Origin: Verrucomicrobiota bacterium
Lineage (GTDB): Bacteria; Verrucomicrobiota; Verrucomicrobiia; Limisphaerales; CANJSG01
Direction of reading: 5' to 3'
Length of the DNA stretch: 64,000 bases
NCBI GenBank assembly: GCA_043775315.1
Contig: JAYVSO010000064.1
Location: forward strand, 16,140 to 80,139
Shown: piece after piece, positions 35,546-44,100 of the stretch
Layout: each line of letters opens with the position of its first letter
How positions within the stretch are numbered: position 1 is the stretch's first letter
The notes under the pieces: generated by a model
What the model saw: the letters and a program-made list of their open reading frames with translations, nothing else
The model's database searches: none
What the model was told of the DNA's origin: nothing
Program-made: the position numbers and the translations under genes

Positions 35546-37024
35546 ATGAGCCTCCCAACTCCAGCCACACCGGAACCCAAGTCGTCCCCGGGGACCGAGC
35601 AGGAGATCAACTGGGGCGACTATCGCGACCACTTGGCGACCGCCCACAAGGACGGCAGTCGCAAGTGGGTCTATGCCAAGAAGCCGTGCGGCACCTGGAC
35701 CTCGCGGCGGAAGTGGTTCGCGTGGGTGCTCATCGCGACGATGTTCACCGGCCCCTTCATCAAGATCGGCGGCAACCCGCTCCTGATGATCAACATCATC
35801 GAGCGCAAGTTCTCCATCCTCGGGCAGATATTCTGGCCCGAGGATTCGATCATCTTCGCGGTGACCATGCTGCTCTACTTCGCGGGCATCATGGTCTTCA
35901 CGACCGTCTTCGGCCGGCTTTGGTGCGGGTGGGCCTGTCCGCAGACCGTGATGATGGAGATGGTTTTCCGCCCGATCGAATACCTCATCGAAGGCGACGC
36001 CTCGACCCAGCGCTCGACGGACAGGCTTCCGTTCCGCCAGCGCAAGGTCGTCAGGAAGCTGCTCAAGCACTCCGTTTTCCTCGGCCTCTCGTTCATCATC
36101 GGCAACACGCTCCTCAGCTACATCATCGGCTGGGAAAAGCTGGCCCTCATCGTCACCGACGATCCGCGGGACCACCTCGGGGGCCTAGGCTTCATGGTCG
36201 CCTTCACCATGCTGTTCTACGGCATCTTCGCCCGGTTCCGGGAACAGGCCTGCACCTTCATCTGCCCCTACGGCCGCTTCATGTCGGCGTTGATCGACGA
36301 GAACACCATGGTTGTGGCCTACGACCACAAGCGGGGCGAGGGCAGGGGACCTCTCAAGCGCGACCAGCCGATCAGGGAACGGAAGTCGTCGGGCCACGGC
36401 GATTGCGTGGACTGCCACCAGTGCGTGGCCGTGTGCCCCACGGGCATCGACATCCGCAACGGCACGCAGATGGAGTGCGTCAACTGCACCGCCTGCATCG
36501 ACGCCTGCGACACGGTCATGGACAAGATCGGTCTGCCGAAGGGACTGATCCGCTACGCCTCGCTTGATGGCATCCAGAAAGGCCAGCCGCTGCGATTCAC
36601 GGCGCGGATGAAGCTCTACAGCGTCATCATTGCAGGCCTTGTCTCCCTGTTGGCGTTCCTGGTCTTCACCCGCGCCGAAGTGGAGACGATTTTCCTGCGC
36701 GCGCCGGGGTCGTTGTTCCAGATGATGCCCGACGGCAACTACAACAACCTCTACACGGTGAAGGTCATCAACAAGTGCAGCCGCGATCTTCCGATCGAGT
36801 TCCGTCTGGAGAACATCGCTGGAAAAGTGACCGTGATGGGGAGCCAGAAGCTCGTGGCGCCGAAGGAGAAGCTCGCCGAGGCGTCGGTCATGGTCGAACT
36901 CGCACCCGGCTCCCTCACCGGGCCGGGGACAAAGCTTGTGATCGGCGTCTATTCGAACGGCAAGAAGCTCGAGACCCTCAAGACCGTCTTCGTCGGCCCG
37001 CGTCCTGATCGAATCGTTCCCTGA
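35546..37024 (+). CDS. ccoG: cytochrome c oxidase accessory protein CcoG (4Fe-4S ferredoxin-type)
   Basis: GRLWCGWACPQTVMME and CVDCHQCVAVCPTGIDIRNGTQMECVNCTACIDACD, with N-terminal TM helices. Position in the cco cluster supports the call. Confidence 0.9.
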   Translation: MSLPTPATPEPKSSPGTEQEINWGDYRDHLATAHKDGSRKWVYAKKPCGTWTSRRKWFAWVLIATMFTGPFIKIGGNPLLMINIIERKFSILGQIFWPEDSIIFAVTMLLYFAGIMVFTTVFGRLWCGWACPQTVMMEMVFRPIEYLIEGDASTQRSTDRLPFRQRKVVRKLLKHSVFLGLSFIIGNTLLSYIIGWEKLALIVTDDPRDHLGGLGFMVAFTMLFYGIFARFREQACTFICPYGRFMSALIDENTMVVAYDHKRGEGRGPLKRDQPIRERKSSGHGDCVDCHQCVAVCPTGIDIRNGTQMECVNCTACIDACDTVMDKIGLPKGLIRYASLDGIQKGQPLRFTARMKLYSVIIAGLVSLLAFLVFTRAEVETIFLRAPGSLFQMMPDGNYNNLYTVKVINKCSRDLPIEFRLENIAGKVTVMGSQKLVAPKEKLAEASVMVELAPGSLTGPGTKLVIGVYSNGKKLETLKTVFVGPRPDRIVP

Positions 37025-37028
37025 ACCC

Positions 37029-37499
37029 ATGAACACCCAAGACCCGAAACCCGCCCGCTCGTTCTGGCCCTACGCCATCATCATCTGGATGTCGCTCTTC
37101 GCGACGGGCGTCTTCAGCTACATCGTCTTCGCCCAAGGCAACCGCATGGAGCTCGTCGCGGCCGACTACTACGAACAGGAGATACGCTACCAGACGCGCA
37201 TCGACAGCGTCGACCGCACCCGCGCCGTCCAGAAGGCCGTCGCTGTCGGCTACGAGAAGGGCCGGATCCGGATCGCCCTGCCCGCCGAACACGCGAAACA
37301 GAATCCGACCGGCAGCATTCACCTCTATCGGCCTTCGAATTCGAAGCTCGACCAGCACGTGAAGCTCGCCGTCGGCGCCTCGGGCGAGCAGCAGTTCGAT
37401 GCCAGATCGCTTCAAGCCGGACTGTGGAAGGTCCGCGTCTCGTGGCTCGTCGGAAAGGAAGAGTTCTACTTCGACCAGTCGATCGTCGTCGGTTCCTAG
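37029..37499 (+). CDS. ccoH: FixH/CcoH family protein
   Basis: PARSFWPYAIIIWMSLFATGVFSYIVFA TM anchor, then ELVAADYYEQEIRYQTRID, typical of the FixH family. Follows ccoG by 4 nt. Confidence 0.75.
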   Translation: MNTQDPKPARSFWPYAIIIWMSLFATGVFSYIVFAQGNRMELVAADYYEQEIRYQTRIDSVDRTRAVQKAVAVGYEKGRIRIALPAEHAKQNPTGSIHLYRPSNSKLDQHVKLAVGASGEQQFDARSLQAGLWKVRVSWLVGKEEFYFDQSIVVGS

Positions 37500-37505
37500 G
37501 AAACC

Positions 37506-38198
37506 ATGCTCTGGACCGCGTTCATGCTGGGGTTGGTCGGCAGCCTGCACTGCGTCGGCATGTGCGGCGCGATCGCCCTCGCCCTCCCGCATCATGGACG
37601 CGGCTGGACCTCGTTCATCGCCGGCCGCATCGCCTACAACCTAGGCCGCGTCGCCACCTACTCGGCGTTGGGCCTCGTCTTCGGCTCCGTCGGCCGGAGC
37701 CTCGCCTTCGCCGGAGTGCAGCGCTGGCTCTCGATCGGTGCCGGTTTGGCAATCATCCTCGGACTGCTCTTTGCCCGGCGATTCACCACGCCACCCATCG
37801 TCCGCGCCGTCGGCTGGCTCAAATCCCGTCTCGGCACGCTCCTGCAAAGCCGTTCCTTCGGATCTCTCGCCCTGTTGGGCTCATTGAATGGACTCCTTCC
37901 CTGCGGCCTCGTCTACGCCGCCGCCGCCGGGGCTGCGGCCACGGGCGACGTCCTGTCCGGTGTCGAATACATGGCCCTTTTCGGCTTGGGCACCGTGCCG
38001 TTGATGATGGCCGTGTCGCTCTCAGGCAAAACCGTCTTCGGCAAGTTCCGGTTCTCCCTCCAGAAGCTGATACCCGCCTCCCTCGTCATCGTCGCCACCC
38101 TGCTGATCCTCCGAGGCATGGCGCTGGGCATTCCCTACGTCAGTCCATCCCCGGCCTCGGATGGCCTCGCGTGTTGCCATGTCCCTGACGGGAAATGA
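37506..38198 (+). CDS. TauE/SafE-like (DsbD_2/UreH-type) membrane protein associated with cco clusters
   Basis: Six predicted TMs with N-terminal GSLHCVGMCGAIALAL motif. It is the last gene of the cco string. Confidence 0.55.
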   Translation: MLWTAFMLGLVGSLHCVGMCGAIALALPHHGRGWTSFIAGRIAYNLGRVATYSALGLVFGSVGRSLAFAGVQRWLSIGAGLAIILGLLFARRFTTPPIVRAVGWLKSRLGTLLQSRSFGSLALLGSLNGLLPCGLVYAAAAGAAATGDVLSGVEYMALFGLGTVPLMMAVSLSGKTVFGKFRFSLQKLIPASLVIVATLLILRGMALGIPYVSPSPASDGLACCHVPDGK

Positions 38199-38285
38199 CG
38201 AAGTCAGAAGGCCAAAGGGCAAAAGGCCGCCTGCCGGTTCCAAGCGCCTGAGTTTCTTTTGGCCTTTGGCCTTCGCGCTTCGTCA
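38196..38285. repeat. long imperfect inverted repeat (30-nt arms, 26/30 complementary) starting at the tauE-like stop codon; terminator/REP-like
   Basis: tgacgaagtcagaaggccaaagggcaaaag (38196-38225) pairs with cttttggcctttggccttcgcgcttcgtca (38256-38285), aligned by hand. 30-nt spacer. Confidence 0.6.
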
Positions 38286-38380
38286 TTCCGCCAACGGCGG
38301 CGCAGTCAATAATCCCCATCCCTAAGTCAACCGCCGGCATTGGACCTCGGCGTGTCCTCGCTTCATGCTTTCGGCAGTCC

Positions 38381-39406
38381 ATGAAAGCCATCCAGCTCGA
38401 GAAGCCCCAGTCCTTCCGCGTGATCGAAATCGCCGAACCCGCCCGACCCGGCCCCGGCGAGGTCCGCGTCCGCGTCCATCAGGTCGGCATCTGCGGGACC
38501 GACCTCGGCGGCTACCTCGGCAAGATGCCGTTCTACAGCTACCCGCGCATTCCCGGCCATGAACTGGGTGTGGAGGTGCTGGAGGTCGGCGCCGGAGTCA
38601 CGCATGTCCAGCCCGGCGACCGCTGCTCCGTCGAGCCCTACATCAACTGCGGGCAGTGCTATTCCTGCCGGCGTGGTTTCACCAACTGCTGCGAGACCAA
38701 CAAGACCCTCGGCGTGATGACCGATGGAGGCCTGACCCGCGAGATCCTCCTCCCGTCGCGCAAGCTTCACCGCTCCGCGAAGCTCGACTTCGAGCAGCTT
38801 GCGCTCGTCGAGACCCTCGCCATCGGCTGCCACGCCGTGAACCGAGGCGCGCCCAAGCCCGGCGAACACGTCCTCGTCATCGGCGCCGGCCCCATCGGCC
38901 TGTCCGCCATCGAATTCGCCCGCATCAGCGGCGCCAAGACCATCGTCATGGACATGGTGGAAAGCCGCCTCCAGTTCGTCCGCGAAAAGATGCGCGTGCC
39001 CGACACCATTCTGGCCAAGGGCAACGAGGAAGATCTCAAGCGCCTCGCCGAACTGACCAATGGCCAGCTCGCCGACGTGGTCATCGACGCCACCGGCTCG
39101 AACAAGTCGATGGCCCACGCGCTCAACTACTGCGCCTTCGCCGGGCGGCTCGTCTATGTGGGCATCACCCAGCAGGAGATCTCCTTCCTCCACGCCCCCG
39201 CGCTCCACCGCCGCGAGCTGACCATCCTCGCCAGCCGCAACGCCCTCGCCGGCGACTTCACCCGCATCGTGAAGCTGATCGAAGACGGCGAGATCGACAC
39301 CGCTCCGTGGATCACCCATCGCACCGACTTCGACGGCCTGATCGACGCCTTCCCCGGCTACGTGAAGCCGGAAACCGGCGTGATCAAGGCGATGGTGAGG
39401 GTGTGA
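38381..39406 (+). CDS. zinc-binding medium-chain alcohol/polyol dehydrogenase family protein
   Basis: GICGTDLGGY, GHELGVEVLEVG, structural-Zn Cys cluster CGQCYSCRRGFTNCC, and Rossmann VLVIGAGPIGL. Confidence 0.88.
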   Translation: MKAIQLEKPQSFRVIEIAEPARPGPGEVRVRVHQVGICGTDLGGYLGKMPFYSYPRIPGHELGVEVLEVGAGVTHVQPGDRCSVEPYINCGQCYSCRRGFTNCCETNKTLGVMTDGGLTREILLPSRKLHRSAKLDFEQLALVETLAIGCHAVNRGAPKPGEHVLVIGAGPIGLSAIEFARISGAKTIVMDMVESRLQFVREKMRVPDTILAKGNEEDLKRLAELTNGQLADVVIDATGSNKSMAHALNYCAFAGRLVYVGITQQEISFLHAPALHRRELTILASRNALAGDFTRIVKLIEDGEIDTAPWITHRTDFDGLIDAFPGYVKPETGVIKAMVRV

Positions 39407-39466
39407 TCGGTGCGAATTGCATCTCGACCCGGTTGACCACCTGCGTCACATTCCGATCTAGGAATT

Positions 39467-39874
39467 ATGAAAGTGTTTCTCAGCCATGCTCTCGCCGACG
39501 AGGCTTCCGCCGCTGAGCTGGCCAAGCATCTCACCAAAGACGGTTTGGAGGTGTGGCGAGCTTCCGAGCAGGTGCTGCCGGGAAGCAATTTCGCCGAGGA
39601 GATCGGCAAGGCGCTTCGCTCGGCGGACGCCATGGTGGTGCTGGTTTCTCCTGATGCTGCGAAGTCCGAGTGGCTCCAGCACGAGATCAGTTTCGCCATC
39701 TCCGAACCCAGCTTCCGCAACCGGGTGGTTCCCGTGATCCTCAAGGCTTCATCCCAGATGCCGTGGATCTTGAACCGCTTCCAGCAGATCAAGGCAGGAG
39801 CGGATTTGGCCAAGGCGGCCCGTGAGATCTCCAAGGTCCTGCACAGCGCCTCCGCCCAGCTCCAGACCGCATGA
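39467..39874 (+). CDS. stand-alone TIR domain protein (TIR_2-like), 135 aa
   Basis: AGGA RBS 3 nt before the ATG. KVFLSHALADE (betaA), GLEVW, EEIGKALRSADAMVVLVSPDAAKSEWLQHEISFAI (S67-x-W69-x3-E73), and VVPVIL..FQQI. No other domain is present. Confidence 0.75.
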   Translation: MKVFLSHALADEASAAELAKHLTKDGLEVWRASEQVLPGSNFAEEIGKALRSADAMVVLVSPDAAKSEWLQHEISFAISEPSFRNRVVPVILKASSQMPWILNRFQQIKAGADLAKAAREISKVLHSASAQLQTA

Positions 39875-40290
39875 AGGTGTCCAGACCGCGGCGTCCAAAG
39901 GAAGTCTTCCTCTCCCATGCCAGCCGGGACCGGCGCTTTGTCCAGAAGCTGGCCGCAGAACTGAGAGACCAAGGAGTTCCCTATTGGTTCAGCCAGACCC
40001 ACCTCAAAGGAGCCCAGCAATGGCACGACGAGATTGGAACGGCCCTGGCCCGCTGCGACTGGTTCATTCTCGTGGCTTCACCCAACTCGGCCGCATCCAT
40101 GTGGGTGAAGCGGGAACTGAGCTACGCCCTGATCCAGAAACGCTATGAAGGCCGGATCATTCCGCTGATCCACAAGCCCTGCTCGCTGGACAAGCTGTCG
40201 TGGACGCTCGACAGCTTCCAGCACGTGGATTTTTCGGCGGACTTCAGTTCAGGGATGCAAAGCCTGATCCGTGTTTGGGGCATCAAGTAG
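39871..40290 (+). CDS. stand-alone TIR domain protein (TIR_2-like), 139 aa, paralogue of the upstream gene
   Basis: ATG overlaps the upstream stop (ATGA 39871-39874). EVFLSHASRDRRFV, GVPYW, DEIGTALARCDWFILVASPNSAASMWVKRELSYAL (S76-x-W78-x3-E82), and IIPLI..FQHVD. Colinear with the upstream ORF at roughly 30% identity by hand alignment. Confidence 0.75.
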   Translation: MKVSRPRRPKEVFLSHASRDRRFVQKLAAELRDQGVPYWFSQTHLKGAQQWHDEIGTALARCDWFILVASPNSAASMWVKRELSYALIQKRYEGRIIPLIHKPCSLDKLSWTLDSFQHVDFSADFSSGMQSLIRVWGIK

Positions 40291-40305
40291 GTTAGTCCAT
40301 CCCCC

Positions 40306-41133
40306 ATGCGCCTCGACTCCCATCAACATTTCTGGCGGCACGACGCCGCGCAGTATCCGTGGATTCCCGCCGGCTCGCCGGTGCACCGCGATTGGTTGCC
40401 GGCCGATCTGGCCCAGCTCCAGCAGCCGCTCGGCTTCGACGGCTCCATCGCCGTGCAGGCGCGGCAGTCGTTGGCGGAATCGGACTGGCTGCTCGGCTTG
40501 GCCGATGCGGATGACCGGGTGAAGGGCGTCGTCGGCTGGATCGATCTGCGGAGCGAGGGGGTGGCTGAAGATCTGGCGCGGCTGGCGCGGCATCCGAAGT
40601 TCGTCGGCGTGCGTCATGTGGTGCAGGACGAGCCGGACGACCAGTTCCTCGTTCGCTCGGAGTTCGTCCGGGGCATCGCCCAACTCCGGCAGTTCGGGCT
40701 GACCTACGACCTGCTGATCTTCCCCAAGCAGCTCCCGGCCGCCATCGAGCTGGTGAAGCGTTTCCCCGAGCAGCTCTTCGTCCTCGACCACATCGCCAAG
40801 CCCGCGATCAAGGACGGCCTGCTGGAGCCGTGGACGCGTCAGATGCGCCAGCTGGCCGCTCTGCCAAACTGCTGGTGCAAGGTCTCCGGCATGGTCACGG
40901 AAGCGGACCACGCCAACTGGAAGCCGGAAGACTTCCGTCCCTACCTCGACGTTGTCTTCGGCGCGTTCGACGAGGATCGCCTGATGTTCGGGTCCGACTG
41001 GCCGGTCTGCCTCTTCGCCGCCAGCTACGAGCGGACGTATCGGCTGGCGGCGGACTACGTGGCGGGCTTTTCGGCGGAAGCGCAGGCGAAATTCTTCGGC
41101 GGGAACTGCGCCAAGTTCTACGGGGTCACTTGA
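40306..41133 (+). CDS. amidohydrolase-2 family protein, L-fucono-1,5-lactonase-like
   Basis: MRLDSHQHFWRHDAAQYPWI..DWLPADL..AVQARQSLAESDWLL..VVGWIDL..FVGVRHVVQDEPD..LDHIAKP..SDWPVC matches the lactonase subgroup of amidohydrolase 2 as I recall it. Confidence 0.7.
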   Translation: MRLDSHQHFWRHDAAQYPWIPAGSPVHRDWLPADLAQLQQPLGFDGSIAVQARQSLAESDWLLGLADADDRVKGVVGWIDLRSEGVAEDLARLARHPKFVGVRHVVQDEPDDQFLVRSEFVRGIAQLRQFGLTYDLLIFPKQLPAAIELVKRFPEQLFVLDHIAKPAIKDGLLEPWTRQMRQLAALPNCWCKVSGMVTEADHANWKPEDFRPYLDVVFGAFDEDRLMFGSDWPVCLFAASYERTYRLAADYVAGFSAEAQAKFFGGNCAKFYGVT

Positions 41134-41899
41134 ACAGCTCGGCGAAGAACGACTTCATGTGTTCCCAGGAACGCTTGTCGGCCGCTTCCTGATACCGCGC
41201 GCCGCCGGTAGTGGCGGTGGCGGTCCAGTCGGTGAAGCTGTGAACCGCGCCGGGATAGGAGATCAGTTGGCAGTCGACCTTGTGCTCGCGCATCTCGGTG
41301 TTGAAGGCGTCGATGTCCTTCTGCGGGACGAACGGGTCCACGTCGCCGTGGCAGACGAGGATCTTGGCCTTGATCTTCGCGCCGTCGGCGGGCGTCGGCG
41401 AATCGATGGACCCGTGGAAGCTGACCACCCCCGCGACATCGGCTCCGGCGCGGGCAAGCTCGATGACCGTCGTTCCGCCGAAGCAGTAGCCGATGGCGGC
41501 GACCTTGGTGGCGTCGGTGCGTTCGTCCTTCTTGAGCACGTCCAGTCCGGCCAGTGCGCGTTCGCGGAGCAGGGGACGGTTGCCCTTATATTTGCTGGCT
41601 TCCTTTCCGGCGTCGGCTGGAGCGGCGGGGCGCACGCCTTTGCCGTAGATGTCGAGGGCGAAGACGTTGTAGCCGAGCTTGGCCAGCATCTCGGAGCGCT
41701 TCTTCTCGTAGTCGGAAAGCCCCTTCCACTGGTGGACGACGAGAATGCCGGGGCGTTTGCCCGAGATGGAATCATCGTAGGTCAGCACGCCTTCGAGCAC
41801 GGCGTCGCCCTGCTTGTATTCGATGACCTTGGTCTGGATGGCGGCCATGGAAGCGTGGGCGGCGACGGCGAGGAACAATGAGGACAGGAGCGTCTTCAT
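41126..41899 (-). CDS. dienelactone hydrolase family protein (secreted)
   Basis: Start trimmed to ATG 41899 (MKTLLSSLFLAVAAHASMA signal). PGILVVHQWKGLSDYEKKRSEMLAKLGYNVFALDIYGKG, nucleophile elbow GYCFGG, and LVCHGDVDPFV. Confidence 0.85.
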   Translation of the reverse strand: MKTLLSSLFLAVAAHASMAAIQTKVIEYKQGDAVLEGVLTYDDSISGKRPGILVVHQWKGLSDYEKKRSEMLAKLGYNVFALDIYGKGVRPAAPADAGKEASKYKGNRPLLRERALAGLDVLKKDERTDATKVAAIGYCFGGTTVIELARAGADVAGVVSFHGSIDSPTPADGAKIKAKILVCHGDVDPFVPQKDIDAFNTEMREHKVDCQLISYPGAVHSFTDWTATATTGGARYQEAADKRSWEHMKSFFAELFK

Positions 41900-41940
41900 G
41901 TCGGCGAAGCTGCCGCAGCCGCGCGCAACGTCAACGGGGA

Positions 41941-41965
41941 GGTTTGTCCGCGAAGGACGCGAAGA
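41941..41965. repeat. copy of a short dispersed repeat (GGTTTGTCCRCGAAGGACRCGAAGA)
   Basis: ggtttgtccgcgaaggacgcgaaga differs at 2 of 25 positions from 45313-45337 (ggtttgtccacgaaggacacgaaga). It lies in the DLH/grpE divergent intergenic region. Confidence 0.6.
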
Positions 41966-42288
41966 AATTTCAACCGCAGAAGATGCGGACAAGGCAGAAG
42001 GGCAACGAGGACTCGCGGTGGCAGGGCGTAGGCCGGGCTTCCTCGCCGTGCAAGTGTCTGTTCATCCACAAAGCAAACCGGAGCCGACCTGTCTTGCCGC
42101 CGTAACTGGAATGGTATCCGGAAGCGCAGCGGGGCTCGGCGGGAGCCGTCGCCTGGCTGCCGCAACTTTTCGCGTCTTTCGCTGATCAACCGGCTTTTCC
42201 AAACCACATGTCGAACCAAAGCAGGGCTATTGCCGGGAGGGCGGGACCTGCCTAGATTACGCGGCCTTTGAAATTCAGATTTCCATTC

Positions 42289-42891
42289 ATGAGCAGCGAC
42301 AACGTTCCGAACAAAGATGAAACGCAGCCGGACAACGCCGCTTCGAACGAAGCGGGGGGACCGGACACTTCCGAGACGATCCTCACCGCCGAGCAGTTCG
42401 CCGAGATCCAGTCCAAGGCCGCGAAGGCCGACGAGACCTGGGACCGATACGTCAGGCTGAACGCCGACTTCGACAACTTCCGCAAACGCGCCGCCCGCGA
42501 CCGTGAGGACGGCATCCGCGCGGCCCAGGAACGGCTGCTGAACAAGTTCCTCCCCGTCGTGGACAACTTCGACATGGCCATGGCGGCCACGGGTTCCGCG
42601 CAGAACACCACGATCGAATCGCTCAAGGCCGGCGTGCAGATGATCCAGGGCCAGCTCAAGGGCGTGCTGGCCGAATCCGGCGTCGAGGAGATCGAAGCGA
42701 TGGGCAGGCCGTTCGACCCGAACCTGCACGAAGCCCTCTCGCAGATGGAGTCCGCCGACGCGCCCGAGGGCACCGTCATCCAGCAGCTCCGCAAGGGCTA
42801 CAAGATGCGCGACCGCCTCCTGCGTCCCGCCAGCGTCATCGTGGCCAAGAAGCCCGGTGTCGCCGCTGAAATCTCCGCCGCCAACGCCTGA
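42289..42891 (+). CDS. grpE: nucleotide exchange factor GrpE
   Basis: [67 protein letters not shown]. Start ATG 42289 preferred over TTG 42268. Confidence 0.92.
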   Translation: MSSDNVPNKDETQPDNAASNEAGGPDTSETILTAEQFAEIQSKAAKADETWDRYVRLNADFDNFRKRAARDREDGIRAAQERLLNKFLPVVDNFDMAMAATGSAQNTTIESLKAGVQMIQGQLKGVLAESGVEEIEAMGRPFDPNLHEALSQMESADAPEGTVIQQLRKGYKMRDRLLRPASVIVAKKPGVAAEISAANA

Positions 42892-42905
42892 GAAAGCGCA
42901 CCGAC

Positions 42906-44069
42906 ATGGCGACCAAACGCGACTATTACGAGGTGCTCGGCGTCGACAAGGGTGTCACAGTCGATGATCTGAAGAAGGCCTACCGCAAGCTGGCCATCAA
43001 GTATCACCCCGACAAGAACCCCGGCGACAAGGGAGCCGAGGAGAAGTTCAAGGAGCTCGGCGAAGCCTACGAGGCGCTTTCCGATCCGCAGAAGCGCGCG
43101 GCCTACGACCAATACGGCCACGCCGCCTTCGATCCCCGGCAACGGGCCGGCGCCGGCGGCGCACGCGGCGGCTCATTCCACGACCCGTCCGATATTTTCG
43201 AACAGGTCTTCGGCAACCGCGGCGGCGGGGCCGAGAGCATCTTCGACGCGTTCTTCGGCGGTGGAAACGGCGAACGCCGCAATCCCGGCGGACCCGAGCG
43301 CGGCTCGGACCTGCGCTATGATCTGGAGATCACCTTCATGGAGGCGGCATTGGGCTGCGAAAAGGATATCACCGTCACCAAGGCCGCCACGTGCGAAGGC
43401 TGCGAGGGCAGCGGCGCCGAGAAGGGTTCCGGCCAGAAGAACTGCACGACCTGCGGCGGTCGCGGCCAGGTCATCAGCAACCGAGGCATCTTCAGCATCC
43501 AGCAGACGTGCCCGCGCTGCGAAGGGCGCGGCAAGATCGTCGAGAAGCCCTGCAAGTCGTGCAACGGCGCCGGCCGCAAGGACAAGACCTCGACCATCAA
43601 GCTCAAGATTCCCGCCGGCGTCGACACCGGTGCGCGCCTGCGCTCCTCCGGCAACGGAGAAGGCGGATTGCGCGGCGGACCTACGGGCGATCTCTACGTC
43701 GTGCTCGACGTGAAGGAACACGAGATCTTCCAGCGCGACGGCGACGACCTGCACTGCGAAGTGCCGATCAACTTCGTCGTCACCGCGCTCGGCGGCGAAG
43801 TCGAAGTGCCGACGCTGGCCGGCGGTGCCCAGATCAAGATTCCCGCCGGCACCCAGACCGGCTCGACCTTCCGCCTCAAAGGCAAAGGCATCAAAAACGT
43901 CCAGGGCTACGGCACCGGCGACCTGCTCGTCCGCGTGAAGGTGGAAGTGCCGCAGAAGCTCAACTCCCAGCAGAAGGCCAAGCTTGAGGAATTCGCCGCG
44001 CTCTGCGGAGCCGATGTGAACCCCGAGAGCAGCGGCTTCTTCGAGAAGGTGAAGCGGTTGTTCAGGTGA
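42906..44069 (+). CDS. dnaJ: molecular chaperone DnaJ
   Basis: J-domain [36 protein letters not shown], a G-rich linker, and four CxxCxGxG zinc-finger repeats ([32 protein letters not shown]). Confidence 0.95.
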   Translation: MATKRDYYEVLGVDKGVTVDDLKKAYRKLAIKYHPDKNPGDKGAEEKFKELGEAYEALSDPQKRAAYDQYGHAAFDPRQRAGAGGARGGSFHDPSDIFEQVFGNRGGGAESIFDAFFGGGNGERRNPGGPERGSDLRYDLEITFMEAALGCEKDITVTKAATCEGCEGSGAEKGSGQKNCTTCGGRGQVISNRGIFSIQQTCPRCEGRGKIVEKPCKSCNGAGRKDKTSTIKLKIPAGVDTGARLRSSGNGEGGLRGGPTGDLYVVLDVKEHEIFQRDGDDLHCEVPINFVVTALGGEVEVPTLAGGAQIKIPAGTQTGSTFRLKGKGIKNVQGYGTGDLLVRVKVEVPQKLNSQQKAKLEEFAALCGADVNPESSGFFEKVKRLFR

Positions 44070-44100
44070 AAAACCGACAAAGGGCCAAAGCGATCAGCTT

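Noticed and set aside
39467-40290. Calling the TIR pair a Thoeris system
   Set aside because: Thoeris requires a ThsA effector (SIR2, Macro or TM with SLOG). None is recognisable anywhere in the window, and the TIR proteins are shorter than typical ThsB. I report the pair as an unclassified candidate instead.
40306-41133. Amidohydrolase (or the upstream Zn-ADH) as the effector of the TIR pair
   Set aside because: Its sequence pattern (DSHQHFW..YPW.., VQDEPD, SDWPVC) fits the sugar-lactonase subgroup, consistent with the fucU and AKR genes elsewhere in the window. No nucleotide-sensing domain is evident. A functional link cannot be excluded, but the sequence does not support it.
41900-42288. 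Search for a CIRCE (TTAGCACTC-N9-GAGTGCTAA) or sigma-32-type promoter upstream of grpE-dnaJ
   Set aside because: No CIRCE-like inverted repeat is present. The only CTTGAAA-like string (ctttgaaa at ~42267) is too close to the start codon to be a -35 element.
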